A stretch of 64,000 nt of DNA, taken from NCBI GenBank assembly GCA_964016885.1, contig OZ024740.1, positions 213,094,001 through 213,158,000 on the forward strand. The letters run 5' to 3'. Position 1 is the stretch's first letter, and every line of letters begins with the position of its first letter. This DNA comes from Eledone cirrhosa (taxonomy: Eukaryota). The translations under genes were made by a program, and so were the position numbers. The notes under the pieces were generated by a model. The model ran no database searches, had not been told where the DNA came from, and saw only the letters and a program-made list of their open reading frames with translations. This document shows, piece after piece, positions 1 to 12,564 of this stretch.

Positions 1-74
1 ATCTAATAATGTGGAAACATCTAATAATGTGGAAAAATACAATTTTAAAATAAAAAGAATGCAAAATTATAATA

Positions 75-384
75 CAGGGTGAGTCATAAGTAACCGGGGT
101 GAGGGGGAAGTCACGTATTTTCATAGCAAGATTCACAGATAAGGTTAGGGTGAGTCATAACTAACCGAGGGGGGGGGGGGGGGTAGTCCTTGTATTTTTA
201 TAGCAAGGTTCACAGATGACCTTTTGAACATCCACTTATTTGTGTGTGATCAGCCATAGTTATATTGTTTTAACTACTTTGTTTTGATGTATATATCATT
301 TTATAATGTATAACCAGAAATTTGGTAAATATTATCATTTGGAATATAAATGTTGTCCTGCCTGATTACTTATGACTCACCCTG
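75..384. mobile_element. Tc1/mariner-type MITE with internal duplication of its left end
   Basis: TIR CAGGGTGAGTCATAAGTAA...TTACTTATGACTCACCCTG flanked by TA on both sides; 77-144 is repeated at about 147-215. Confidence 0.8.
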
Positions 385-1000
385 TATAAAGAAAAATATA
401 TAAAATATAACTTACGCTGAAATTTCAATGTTATAATTGCAACAAATGATATTGTTCCACATATAACAAATATCATACACAGCTTCTTAAATGATATCAT
501 TTTTCCTAAAAAGATAATGGGAAAATGTTGACTAGGGTTGAAATTCAATCTTTAAAAGTAAGGACATTGAAGATAATGTAGACCTCATAAACTTTCACTG
601 AAAATATGAATTACTCATTACTTAAATAGTTAATCATAAACAACAACAACAAACATGGGAAAAGAAAATCAGTTGTGGAGATGAATGAATAGACAAAGTG
701 TTGAAGATGGGGTATGTGAAGTTTCAGATTTACTAGAAATGATGAGAGAAGGTGATGTGGTGTAGAGAAGGTTTGTAACTTGATAGATTCAACATAGAGA
801 CACTGTTAGATCATCATCATCACACCGTTTTCTGCCAAGAGTTGTAACTGGTAGATAGTATCAGCAATGGAAAGACCAATGGAAACATATTTTCCCAGGT
901 GCCATTAGACAAGTTCCATACCTCTCAGTAAGTGAGTGACGTCTGGGATCTTGTCAATCTATTTTCCCTTAAGTATGTTTTTTTTATACTAATACCAGCT

Positions 1001-1230
1001 TTAACCCTTTAGCATTTAAACTGACCATATCCAGCCAGAATTCTCTCACCTCTTGCTGTTCAAACTGGTCATAACCGGCCACTCATACTGACATTAAGGT
1101 ATTGTTCTCAAAATAAATAACATCAAAATCTCGTAGATTCGGTATTATGTGAGATAATTATGTAACACATAATTATTTACCACAAAAATACAATAGCAAA
1201 TATAGAATAATGTAAATGCTAAACAATTAA
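1001..1230. mobile_element. Degenerate piggyBac-like MITE
   Basis: TTAA|CCCTTTAGCATT ... AATGCTAAACAA|TTAA; imperfect TIR with TTAA ends. Confidence 0.5.
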
Positions 1231-1396
1231 ACTGCAACATGCTAAAACCTTTACATGTAATAATATTTAAAATGTATATCACGAGTGGATTCTTATATGA
1301 ACAATATTTAATAAATGTTTTGGTATAATATACTCTTGGCACTTAAATTATCGTCCCCACATCACACTTATTCATTTTTCAACTGTATATCTCTCA

Positions 1397-1720
1397 GTGT
1401 ATGTGTGTATGTATGTGTGTGTATGTATACATGTTTGTGTGTATGTCTACGTATGTGTGCATATGTGTATGTATGTGTATGTATGTGTGTGTATATGTGT
1501 ATGTGTGTGTGTATGTGTGTGTATGTGTGTGTATGTGTGTATGTGTGTATGTGTGTGTGTGGGTGTGTATGTGTTTGTATATGTGTGTATGGGTATGTAT
1601 GTTTGTGTATATGTGAGTGTGTGGGTATGTATGTGTGTGTATGTGTACATGTGTGTATATGTGTGTATATATATGTGTGTGTGTATGGGTGTGTATGTGT
1701 GCGTGTACATGTGTATATAC
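1397..1720. repeat. Compound (TG)/(TATG) microsatellite
   Basis: Directly visible simple repeat; explains ORFs 1315-1947 and overlapping frames. Confidence 0.95.
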
Positions 1721-4700
1721 ACGAGGGTACAAAAGAAGGGGACAAATACAAAGGGGGGAGTTTACACAAAAGAACGAGTAAAAAAACAAATAACAAATAT
1801 AAAATTTACAATAAAGTCCTCAATAGGGAGGAGGCGTTTTGGGGGGTCGCACACACCCCCGAAAAAGTGTGCAACCCTTCTCCTCAGGAGCACAGAGAGA
1901 GGGTGCTCCCTTGTTCTTCCATCTTTTTCACCTACAGGCTGATATAGAGAGAAGGCCCATTCACACGAGCCATTCTCGCCCCTTTCACCCACCTTTCATA
2001 AAACTGGCTGGGGTGGAGCACCTCTCTATCCATCCTGATCCTTCTTCCGAAATGATATCGGAATAAAAGGACCAGTTGTTGGCCAGAGAGAAATGTGTCT
2101 GACCTCAGTCCTTTCAAACGCGTCCACCATACAACCTCTTTCACCATGGCTATTACGCACAGAAACACAGCCTCTCCTTCATTTTTGAAGGGGGGAGGCG
2201 GCTTGATTGTTATAATGGACTCGGTGGTCAACCGGATAGGTCCCACCCGTGACAGCAGTCGTTCTAAATAGCCCCACAGATCGGCGACGCCCGGGCAGTG
2301 TACGAATGCATGCGCGACGGTTTCCTCGTCGCGCACGCATCTGGGACAGATCTTTTTCGAGGGGCCCCTACCCGGACGCCTGTGTCTATAGGGTTTTTCT
2401 CGAACAGGCAGAGCCCCTCGGTAGCACTGCCAGGCCAGGGACCTCTGGAAGTTGTCCATGGGTCCCGGGCTAAATGTCCTACCGAACAGGCTGACCAGTT
2501 CGTCTTCCTCCATGCCTAGGGCTTCTCCGAGGGCGTCGTCGCACCTACTGCGTACCAGCCCTCTATAGAATGTCGAGGTGGAGTCTCCACTGATAGTCGG
2601 GTCCGCCTGCCAGAGAGCCGTGAGCACCTGGGCACACTCGGTGTGCCAGGCGCCCGGTTTTCTCGGTCTTTGCTTGACCCAGGATTGCAACTCGGTGAGT
2701 GAGACGAGTCTCGGAAAGGTTCGTCTCACAAACGGGGCCCACACCGGTTGACCGGTGAGGAATACCTGGAGGTGCCGTAGCCTTAATGCGTGTTTACGCA
2801 TCATCAGACACGGCATCCCCAGCCCTCCTTTTGAAGGGTGTTGACAGCAGATGGATCTCCTCACCAAACGGGCCCGCTTCTTCCAAAGGAATTGGAAGAG
2901 TGCGTGCTCCTTTTTGGTAAGCGTTTCCCTTGGGCAAGGCACGACAGTCAGGCGGTAGTAGATGACGGACGCTATATAGGTGTTCGCCACCTCCACCCGA
3001 CCTTCAGGGATAGTTTGCACTCAGCCCACTTCTGAGTTAGTGCAAACACCCTGTTCGTTACCTCACCCAGTTCTTCTCCATCTGGAGGTATGCTCCGAAC
3101 CAGACCCGAGCAACTTCACCGGGCCCTCCGTCCAGCGTCCGACGACGCAATCGGAGGTTATCGATTTGCCCCTCCACGTGCTGAGTTGCAACCCGATCGA
3201 CTTGTCCCGGTTCAGCTTAGCCCCTGTAAACCTTTCGTACTCCTCCAGTAAGGTGCCGACCGCCCCGATTTCCGAGGCGGTCGACACCATTACTGTTACG
3301 TCATCGGCGTAGGCCGACACCGCTTTCCGCAATCCCGGTTCCAAAGGGATGCCCTGCAACAACTCCAACTTCCGCAGCAGTGGCTCGAGAGTCATTACAT
3401 ACAGAAGGGGGGAGAGAGGGCACCATTGTCGGATGGACCGTGTGATATCGAATGGCTCCGAGAGGTAGCCGCTCACCTTGACCCTAGAGCAGATGCGGCT
3501 GCTGTGCATGGCAGGGATCCAGCCCCTGAAAACGGGTCTGAAACCTGCCGCCGCTAGCACCGCATCCAGGTAACCATGGTCGACCCTATCGAACGCCTTA
3601 AATTGATCCAAGTTAATCAGGGCCCCACCAAAGCCGGGTTCGTTCCCAACCCTCTCTATGATGTATCGCATAAGGTGTAGGTTGTCGTGGATGGACCTGG
3701 ACGGGATAGCACATATCTGCGCATCTCCCACCAGGTTGCCCACGACAAGCGCCAACCTCTTTGCTAACAGCTTGGCCAAAATCTTTAACTCTGTGTTTAG
3801 CAGAGTTATGGGCCTGAAATTACTTATATCGTCCCCCTTGTTCTCATCCTTCCTCACTAGCGTGACTACGCCCTTGGTCACAGCACAGGGAATTCTCCCG
3901 TTCTGTTGCCAGTTGCAGTAGACCGCCTCGAGGAGATCGGGGAACGAGTCCGGTATAGCTAGATGTAGTTCATATGGAAGACCATCGAGACCCGGGGATT
4001 TGCGTTTGCCGCATCGGCTCAACACGTCCTCTATCTCAGCAGCTGAAATCGGCCCCCCGCAGGACTTCGCCTCCTCGTCTGAAAGACGCGGCAGGCCGTC
4101 GAGGTATGGACCGAAGTCCACATCCCCATCTCCCCCCCCCCCCCCCGCCTCTCCCGAACAATCGGGTAAAGTGCCTTTGAAAAGTCATACACATCTGCTT
4201 AGGTTCAAGGATCACCCGTCCATCCTGGTCTCGCAAAGACCGGATAGTGGATCTAATCCCTCTTTTGGCTTCTGTCACGCGGGCCCAGCTAACAGCTTTG
4301 GTCCCCTCGTTTCCCAGAGCACGTATTTTGCTTCGGACAACGCAGCCTTCGTGCTTCGCGTCAAAGAACTGGCCCAAGGCCGTTCTCGACGCTAGCACTC
4401 TGGCCACGCCGCCGCTTCTAATTGCCTCTTCTACACTATCTACCAACTCCCTTTCCTTCCTATTTCTATCTGAGGCTAACTCCTTACTAAATTCTATAGA
4501 GACTACTCTAATCTCTCTTTTGAGAGATCCCCACCTCCTGCTGTTGACGATCGCTCCCGTCAACCGCTCCTTAACTAAAGTACTAATCCGGTTCCTGTAC
4601 ACTTTACTTGCCGATAAGGACAAGTTCAGTTTCCAGTAACCGGGTCCCTGTCTATGCGTTCTATCAAGGTTGAGTATGCAAGTCACTAATTTGTGATCTG

Positions 4701-5386
4701 AATAGCCAACCATAAGCATCTTTGGACAGCTTAAAGGGTCCCTATCCTTATTTCTAACTAGGACCCTATCTAGGTACGACCTAGATGATCCGCTACGGTT
4801 TGCCCAAGTCCAGGTTGGCGCAGTCGGAAAATCTAGTGGATATCTATTGGACAGGTCAAATCGGCCGATTAACTCCTTGAGGCTGTTACACCCCCCTCTA
4901 TCGGGACATGCCCTTACATAGTCCCAACGTGTATCTAGGATACCATTCCAGTGCCCCACTAAAAGCAAGGAGCGAGACGGCCCCAGAAAAGTCTCCACAC
5001 GTTGGAAGAAATCCGGCCGCGCTGACCCAAAAGGGGCGTAGGCGGCGACCAGCCTAAAGGCTCCGCCTTCACCAGTTGACCCTCCGGGTCCAGGTGTACC
5101 GTCTGTGCGGCGAGACCCAGATGTTTTTTGCAGCAGAACGACAACCCCACCCCCACCTCCGGGTTGACAGAGAGATGTGTGCATCTCAAAGTCGTCAAAA
5201 ATGGAGGCTAGCTGGCGCACGCTGCTGATCTGGGCCACGCAAATGACCATCACATTTATACAGCGTGACCTGAGGTCATATGAGCCCAGGCCACGCACAT
5301 TTAGACAAGCCACTCCCAATACAGCCATGTTGGTGGTAAAGAGAAAAAGGAGGCACCTACCTCTCTGCGTCCCGGGGACCAGGTCG
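1721..5386 (-). mobile_element. Tx1/L1-clade LINE, 5'-truncated just upstream of ORF2; frameshifted ORF2 (APE-RT-zinc knuckle)
   Basis: ORF 4036-5328 is an APE endonuclease (LNVRGL, SYLDRVLV, SDH, GPGYWKLN). ORF 3063-4121 is RT (KSPGLDG, FRPITLLNTELKILAK, KAFDRVDH, PLSPLLY, AYADD). ORF 1932-3020 has GGLG and CPRC..ETVAHAFVHCP. Confidence 0.93.
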
Positions 5387-5437
5387 CGTGTGTGTGTATG
5401 TGTACAAATAAATATGTGTGTGTCTGTATGTGTGTGT

Positions 5438-5965
5438 GTAAAGTGGTCATGTAGGTATCACAACAAAAAGCACCCAGTAAACACTGTAAAGTGGTCGTGT
5501 AGGTATCACAACAAAAAGCACCCAGTAAACACTGTAAAGTGGTCGTGTAGGTATCATGACAAAAAGCATCCAGTACACACGGTAAAGTGGTCGTGTAGGT
5601 ATCACAACAAAAAGCACCCAGTAAACACTGTAAAGTGGTCGTGTAGGTATCATGACAAAAGGCATCCAGTACACACGGTAAAGTGGTCGTGTAGGTATCA
5701 TGACAAAAAGCACCCAGTACACACTGTAAAGTGGTCGTATAGGTATCATGACAAAAAACACCCAGTACACACTGTAAAGTGGTCATGTAGGTGTCACAAC
5801 AAAAAGCACACAGTACACACTGTAAAGTGGTCATGTAGGTATCATGACAAAAAGTACCCAGCCCACACTGTAAGGTGGTCGTCTAGGTGTCACCACAAAA
5901 AACACCCAGTAGACACTGTAGTGTGGTCATGTAGGTGTCACAATAAAAAACACGCTGCACTTCTG
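5438..5965 (+). repeat. 48-bp minisatellite (about 11 copies) inside an RTE-tail repeat
   Basis: Unit GTAAAGTGGTCGTGTAGGTATCACAACAAAAAGCACCCAGTAAACACT; translates as a 16-aa repeat in ORF 5177-5968. Confidence 0.92.
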
Positions 5966-6125
5966 TAAATGTGGCTGGCATTAGGAAGGGCATTCAGCCG
6001 TTAAAACCAAGCCGAAACCAGTTCAGTGTGAGCAAAACACGGTCCTCTGACCTGGATCTCTCACAGCGAGACAACATTTCCTACCCATGCTAGCGTGGAA
6101 AATGGACGTTAAAAGATGATGATGA
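5966..6125 (+). mobile_element. RTE 3'-UTR/SINE tail repeat ending in (GAT)n
   Basis: GGCATTAGGAAGGGCATTCAGCCG...CATGCTAGCGTGGAAAATGGACGTTAAAAGATGATGATG; the same tail follows the RTE ORF at 61354-61836. Confidence 0.8.
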
Positions 6126-6219
6126 AATGTGAACATAGTAAAGGTGAGTATCATTGTTTTCAATTTACTGGAAAATATGTCTAAATACTAAAAATGTATA
6201 AATCTATGTACTGTATATA

Positions 6220-6486
6220 TGGAGGTGTGTGGCCTAGTGGTAAGTTTGTTGACTTCCAATCATAATGTCGTGAGTTCAATTCCTGGGTTATGTGTTGTGT
6301 TCTTGAGCAAGATACTTCATTTCACGTTGCTCCAACATACTCAGCTGCAAATGAGTAGGAGCAATAGCTGGGGGTTTAACTCAGCGATGGACTGGAGTCT
6401 TGTCCAGTGGGGAGTCTTGTACTCTGTCACTTTACGCCATGAGACCGGGATAAGCACTGAGCTGATGAACCTCTTGGCTTGAGACA
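6220..6486 (+). mobile_element. tRNA-derived SINE, family A
   Basis: A box (TGGCCTAGTGG) and B box (GAGTTCAATTCC), then TTCTTGAGCAAGATACTT...; homologous copies at 37581-37749 and 53140-53309 on the minus strand. Confidence 0.8.
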
Positions 6487-6525
6487 TATATATATAAATT
6501 CATATGTTGTACACACACACAAATA

Positions 6526-6557
<32 letters not shown>

Positions 6558-6563
<6 letters not shown>

Positions 6564-6987
6564 GATATTAATAAATGGAAACTATATTTATAAAACCATA
6601 TTTATTTCATTTTATATATTTCAAGGATACCAAGTTACATTATGGTATGCCTTCATCAGACAAAATACAATATATAACAGTTTTATAAATAGACATTGAC
6701 GTACCCCTTTAAAAATTGGCCGTTGTTTTTGGAGGCCATCAATTTTTAAAGGGATACGTCAATGTCTATTTATAAAACTGTTATATATTGTATTTTGTCT
6801 GATGAAGGCATACCATAATGTAACTTGGTATCCTTGAAATATATATAATGAAATAAATATGGTTTTATAAATATAGTTTCCATTTATTAATATCGTATAT
6901 CTACTCCAAATATTTGTCGAGTGCTTTATATCAGTTATAAAAATATTTGCTTGTTGTATCCCAACAATTTAAATAAAACTTTTGCAT
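6558..6987 (+). mobile_element. Non-coding fold-back element with hammerhead (PLE/retrozyme-like) in (TA)n
   Basis: About 160-bp inverted arms (6558-6717 / 6741-6900) plus about 90 bp of unpaired tail; (TA)n on both sides. Confidence 0.85.
6791..6855 (+). ncRNA. Type I hammerhead ribozyme
   Basis: TATTTTGT-CTGATGA-AGGCATACCA..TGGTATCCTT-GAAA-TATATA-TA-ATGAAATA: stems I and II pair, palindromic stem III, UA cleavage site. Confidence 0.8.
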
Positions 6988-7871
6988 ATATATATATATA
7001 TATATATATACAGTTTTTTCCGTTGTGTTGTAATATAAATATTACACACAGTAGATTATCAGCTCACGTAGAGTTTGCTCGACGGTTCCAGTTGTAGTTC
7101 CAAAAGTAATCCGGAGAAAAATAGAAAGATTTGAATGGATACAGTTTAGTTGAAAGGAATTTATTGACACGTGTTTCTATAACAGTTACATAACCTAAAA
7201 CAGCTATCTACAAACTTTTAGTTATGCAGACATTCAATATTTCAATGTTATTGTTTACTGTCATTTCATCAGAATAATATTACTGAGGACCTATTTAGTT
7301 TTTATAGAGAATATTAGGAGGAAGGGGTGAAGTTGTTAGAAGAATAGTTGAAGGAGTGGTTTTTCGATAGCAGTGAGAATTCTTGGTGGCAGTGATTAAT
7401 TAGATTCCCATCTGTTGTTTTGACATTTTTTATAGAATATATTATTGGTTATTTTTCTAAATCTATAGAAGGATTAGAGATAGTAAAGATATGCGTGGTT
7501 GGTTTTGTGTTTGCACTTAACATTCAGACTTAAATTTTTCTTTCAAGTGTACGTATTCTTTCACCCACGCATTCACACACAAATATATTTGCACACCTCT
7601 ACAAAATACATATACTCACAATTCACATATTCATACTTACATATATATACACATGCATACACATATATATACACACATGTATTCATGTACATACATACGC
7701 GCTCATGTGTATACATTTTCATACTCAACTTATCTTTATATATACACACGTATAGACACACACATATATACATACATACTCTAGTCCATGTGTACACACA
7801 TACACATACATACACATCCATATACACATACATACATACACATATATATATACATACATACATATACATAC

Positions 7872-7916
<45 letters not shown>

Positions 7917-7917
7917 C

Positions 7918-7966
<49 letters not shown>

Positions 7967-8235
7967 AGCACTTTAATACATGAATACACTTACATCTAAC
8001 TATACACATCAAACATATATATATATTTACTTATTTATATACATTTTCACATATATATACATACTTATGGACGTTTTTAGACACATTCATTATCGCATAT
8101 TTGTACCTATTCTCATCAGCATATCTTTTCATTATTAGTATGGTAATTTAAGGTTATTAATATATGTTGAAAAGAGATTGTTTTTATATTTTTCTAACTA
8201 GATTAAGGTTTATATAGTTGGGGGATGTCCCTCTT

Positions 8236-9367
8236 TTATGTAATATTCGGCTTGTAGTGGGAAAAAAGGGTTTTAGTTCTGTGACGGCAGAATAATGTTC
8301 GTTCAATTCTGTTATTCAACAGTTTCTTCTTGTGTGTGATTATGTAATAAATCTCAAGATTACACAATTTGCAGAAATTTTGGCTCCTGGAAAAGCTTTG
8401 GGTTTTAGCTAATTTTTCCCATTTTAGGGTAAACTTTTGATTGCTATCCCTGAGCGTCCAAGCTTTCTCTGCTAAAGTTGTTACATTTCTTTGGCTCTGG
8501 TGTTTTATTGAGTAAGAATGCCTATACAATCGAGATTTAAACGATGTTGCCGTTGATCCCACGTAATACCACTCGTTGCCTCCGGATTTAATGGTACACT
8601 TATAAATAATATTTTTTTCCAGGCAGTTATTGCCGAGGGGGCAGTTGTCAGGATAGGTGCAGTTACAGTTGTGTACGTTGGGTTTTCTCTGGAGTAGTAT
8701 TGCGGACGAACTTAGGTGTGGTTTATTTATGTTCTGTAGTGTATTGTCTACTGTTTTTTTGGGGTTCTTTGTACTTAAGTTCTTAGTGTTTTCGTTTAAC
8801 CTTCTAGTATTGATCTTTTTTATGTGTTGTTCAAGGTTTAACGCTGTAGAGTATGACAGTCTTATAGTGGTAGGGTTTAGGATTTTGTGGTATTTGTGTG
8901 ATGTGGGAAAATGTCTTTTAATTATTTTAAAGAAGAGTACTGGTAAATTTGTACTAATGGAGCTATTGTATTCGGGGTTATACCATAAGTACTCTTTGCA
9001 TCGCTTTCTATTAGTTTTGTTTGTTGGTTTACTGGTGTGCATACTATGGTAGTAAGTGTGGTTTGGTGTTGTGTTATTATATCTACCTATGTGGGATTTA
9101 TTTTGGGTGTTTTGATTGTTCCCATCTATGTACTCTATTTTGTTGAGGTAGCCTGCTTTACTAAGGGCGTTATCGTAGTACTCGGCGTGTTCCTTAAATA
9201 CTTGTATGTTAGAAGATAGACCCGAGATTCTAAGGGAAATATTTTTAGGGATAGATTTAATTATAGAGATGGGGTGGTTAGACCCAACATTTACGTATTT
9301 GAGATTTTCATTCAATTTATGAAACGGTTTAATCAAACCAGAGTTTAAATTGAGTGTGACATCCAGG
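8236..9367 (-). CDS. PLE ORF C-terminal part: RT thumb (LDVTLNL, SNHP) plus GIY-YIG endonuclease
   Basis: CNC..CPLGNNCLEKNIIYKC..YYVGST..FKSRLYRH..CKLCNLE..LNNR.E..CRH; uninterrupted up to the inversion junction. Confidence 0.88.
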
Positions 9368-9931
9368 CATTGTATAGGCATTCTTACTCAATAAAACACC
9401 AGAGCCAAAGAAATGTAACAACTTTAGCAGAGAAAGCTTGGACGCTCAGGGATAGCAATCAAAAGTTTACCCTAAAATGGGAAAAATTAGCTAAAACCCA
9501 AAGCTTTTCCAGGAGCCAAAATTTCTGCAAATTGTGTAATCTTGAGATTTATTACATAATCACACACAAGAAGAAACTGTTGAATAACAGAATTGAACGA
9601 ACATTATTCTGCCGTCACAGAACTAAAACCCTTTTTTCCCACTACAAGCCGAATATTACATAAAAGAGGGACATCCCCAACTATATAAACCTTAATCTAG
9701 TTAGAAAAATATAAAAACAATCTCTTTTCAACATATATTAATAACCTTAAATTACCATACTAATAATGAAAAGATATGCTGATGAGAATAGGTACAAATA
9801 TGCGATAATGAATGTGTCTAAAAACGTCCATAAGTATGTATATATATGTGAAAATGTATATAAATAAGTAAATATATATATATGTTTGATGTGTATAGTT
9901 AGATGTAAGTGTATTCATGTATTAAAGTGCT

Positions 9932-9980
<49 letters not shown>

Positions 9981-9981
9981 G

Positions 9982-10022
<41 letters not shown>

Positions 10023-10605
10023 GTATGTATATGTATGTATGTATATATATATGTGTATGTATGTATGTGTATATGGATGTGTATGTATGTGTATGTGTGT
10101 ACACATGGACTAGAGTATGTATGTATATATGTGTGTGTCTATACGTGTGTATATATAAAGATAAGTTGAGTATGAAAATGTATACACATGAGCGCGTATG
10201 TATGTACATGAATACATGTGTGTATATATATGTGTATATATATGTAAGTATGAATATGTGAATTGTGAGTATATGTATTTTGTAGAGGTGTGCAAATATA
10301 TTTGTGTGTGAATGCGTGGGTGAAAGAATACGTACACTTGAAAGAAAAATTTAAGTCTGAATGTTAAGTGCAAACACAAAACCAACCACGCATATCTTTA
10401 CTATCTCTAATCCTTCTATAGATTTAGAAAAATAACCAATAATATATTCTATAAAAAATGTCAAAACAACAGATGGGAATCTAATTAATCACTGCCACCA
10501 AGAATTCTCACTGCTATCGAAAAACCACTCCTTCAACTATTCTTCTAACAACTTCACCCCTTCCTCCTAATATTCTCTATAAAAACTAAATAGGTCCTCA
10601 GTAAT

Positions 10606-10723
10606 ATTATTCTGATGAAATGACAGTAAACAATAACATTGAAATATTGAATGTCTGCATAACTAAAAGTTTGTAGATAGCTGTTTTAGGTTATGTAACT
10701 GTTATAGAAACACGTGTCAATAA
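10606..10723 (+). ncRNA. Type I hammerhead with extended stem II (mirror copy at 7161-7278, minus strand)
   Basis: ATTATT-CTGATGA-A-ATGACAGT..(about 70 nt)..ACTGTTAT-A-GAAA-CACGTG-TC-AATAA; GUC cleavage triplet, palindromic stem III. Confidence 0.78.
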
Positions 10724-10757
10724 ATTCCTTTCAACTAAACTGTATCCATTCAAATCT

Positions 10758-10803
<46 letters not shown>

Positions 10804-11345
10804 GTTTAGATCATTACCCAGTGGTACATTACCCAGTGGTACATGTCTAATATATATAGATTTGTATGTGTATACTTTTAATCACCATCTAAACCAGAGG
10901 TCACAAACACGTGACCTGCACGTCTGTAAACTACATTTCTATGACTCATCACAGGATAATTTTCGTGTTTAATGAAGGAAAATTTTAAACGAAAAATTTG
11001 TCTCACATTTTGTACAAATTTACATATCCCATATCTCCACACACACATACACACACACACACGCAGACACACACACACACACACAGACGTGTATTTATTT
11101 TATATTTTAGATTAGCATTATATGTAGTTGTGTGTGTGTGTGAGTATTATTAACCCTTTTGTCTGTAGGTTGCCACACTACTCCTGCCCTAATATGTTGT
11201 CTGCTTCGGGGTCCCAGCCACCGACAGGATACAGAATACATTATCCCAGAGGACAACGAACTCCATCTCACCTGGTGAAAATCAAACCTTTCCCTAACCT
11301 ACCTTGCCACTTCTCCCTCTTGACCCACTGTGGCTCTCCACCAGG

Positions 11346-11624
11346 CATGGTTGGATTTAAACATTGGGGGCCCTTGGCAATTCAGGTTTGGGGGCCCTCA
11401 TACACAAACAAATTAGAATTCTCAGCAAACTCCCCAATTTTACATATCAAAGTTAACTTGGTGCAAGTAATTGGAATTGAAAATACCCTACAGGTATTAA
11501 ATTCAAAAATTCTAACCATCCTAAAACTAAAAAAACCCAGCTGAGGGCACAAATAAATTGCTGACGTTGCTGGTGAGGCACCCACTGCAGGGACCCCCCC
11601 CCCCCCCCATTAAATCCGGCCCTG
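11346..11624. mobile_element. hAT-type MITE
   Basis: TIR CATGGTTGGATTTAA / TTAAATCCGGCCCTG with a perfect 8-bp TSD CCACCAGG (11338-11345, 11625-11632); related fragment at about 40860-41000. Confidence 0.85.
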
Positions 11625-11924
11625 CCACCAGGACATAATGTCAAGTTTGAGACTCCTGATCTATACAGACCTTATGACTGACTCCCTGTCTAGCGATTTA
11701 CACAAGCTATGTTTTTCTTTTTCTCTTGTCTATCATACACCCCCACCATCATCACCACCTTCACCTCCCAGCTTAGCTTAAGTGAACCACCTGTTTAGCT
11801 TTTGTTCTTTTTATTTTCATTTATCCTCACATTTATCCATTGTGTTGTATGTCTACCTCAGTAGCAGTGTGAGAACACACACACACACACACACACACAT
11901 TCTCTCTCTCACATACATAAATAC

Positions 11925-12482
11925 ATGGTGGCTGCCAACTCGTTTTCGAGTACGGCCACTACTTTATATCCATATAGGAGAACCCCTACCGATGCGCTGA
12001 ACGAGTGACATTTTAGTCCAGCCAGCGACTTGAAAACTCTGGTACAAACACTACACTTGTGACAAATATTGACACATAGTGCTGGGCCCATGGTACCCTG
12101 TGACGACAAGTGCAGAGAGATCTCCAGATATAAAGCAATGCCTGTGCCGTGAAGCTTTTATAGTGAGCAAAGGCACTGCACAAAGCCAGTCCCACTCTCT
12201 TAACCAAGATGATATTTACCAAAAAGAAGAACAAGTCAACATCATTGGATACCATCAGGGTTGCAGGTGTTATATCAGAGTTTTCCATCTCCTAGAATTC
12301 TGCCTTGACAAAGGCTAAGGGGTCATCTCTCCCGGTGATTTTGGATGGCCATTGACTCTTAAGAGCTCCTTTGCCCTTTGACAGGTTTTGTTTTTAGTCC
12401 TGCAGGATGTCCAAAGTCACCCTCCTCACCAAGAAACCTTGGTGGGGTTGCCAGTTTAGTCGCCAACGACCCGACCATGGGT
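11925..12482 (-). mobile_element. Non-autonomous bipartite RTE derivative (RTE-like 5' UTR fused to 3' end), with (TATG)n tail
   Basis: The 3' part encodes a remnant C2H2-like C-terminus (CSVCTRVFKSLAGLK); 5' GGCGACTAAACTGGCAACCCC; a highly similar full copy lies at 16171-16694. Confidence 0.7.
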
Positions 12483-12564
12483 CACATTCATAGATACATA
12501 CATACATACATACATACATACATACATACATACATACATACATACATACATACATACATACATA

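Larger units (their letters stand above)
7011..10762 (-). mobile_element. Penelope-like element (5'-truncated) with a 1.4-kb inverted duplication of its 3' end
   Basis: 7121-8530 is the reverse complement of 9369-10762; contains an RT-thumb/GIY-YIG ORF and hammerheads; (TA)n at both ends. Confidence 0.92.

Noticed and set aside
5438-5965. CRISPR-like regular array or repeat protein
   Set aside because: Contiguous tandem units without unique spacers, in a eukaryotic retro-repeat, with no cas genes.
6220-6290. tRNA gene (also 21380-21452, 37680-37749, 53240-53309)
   Set aside because: A/B boxes are present but no complete cloverleaf; each continues into a SINE body.
9370-9663. Independent 97-aa gene
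   Set aside because: Inverted duplicate of the PLE endonuclease C-terminus.
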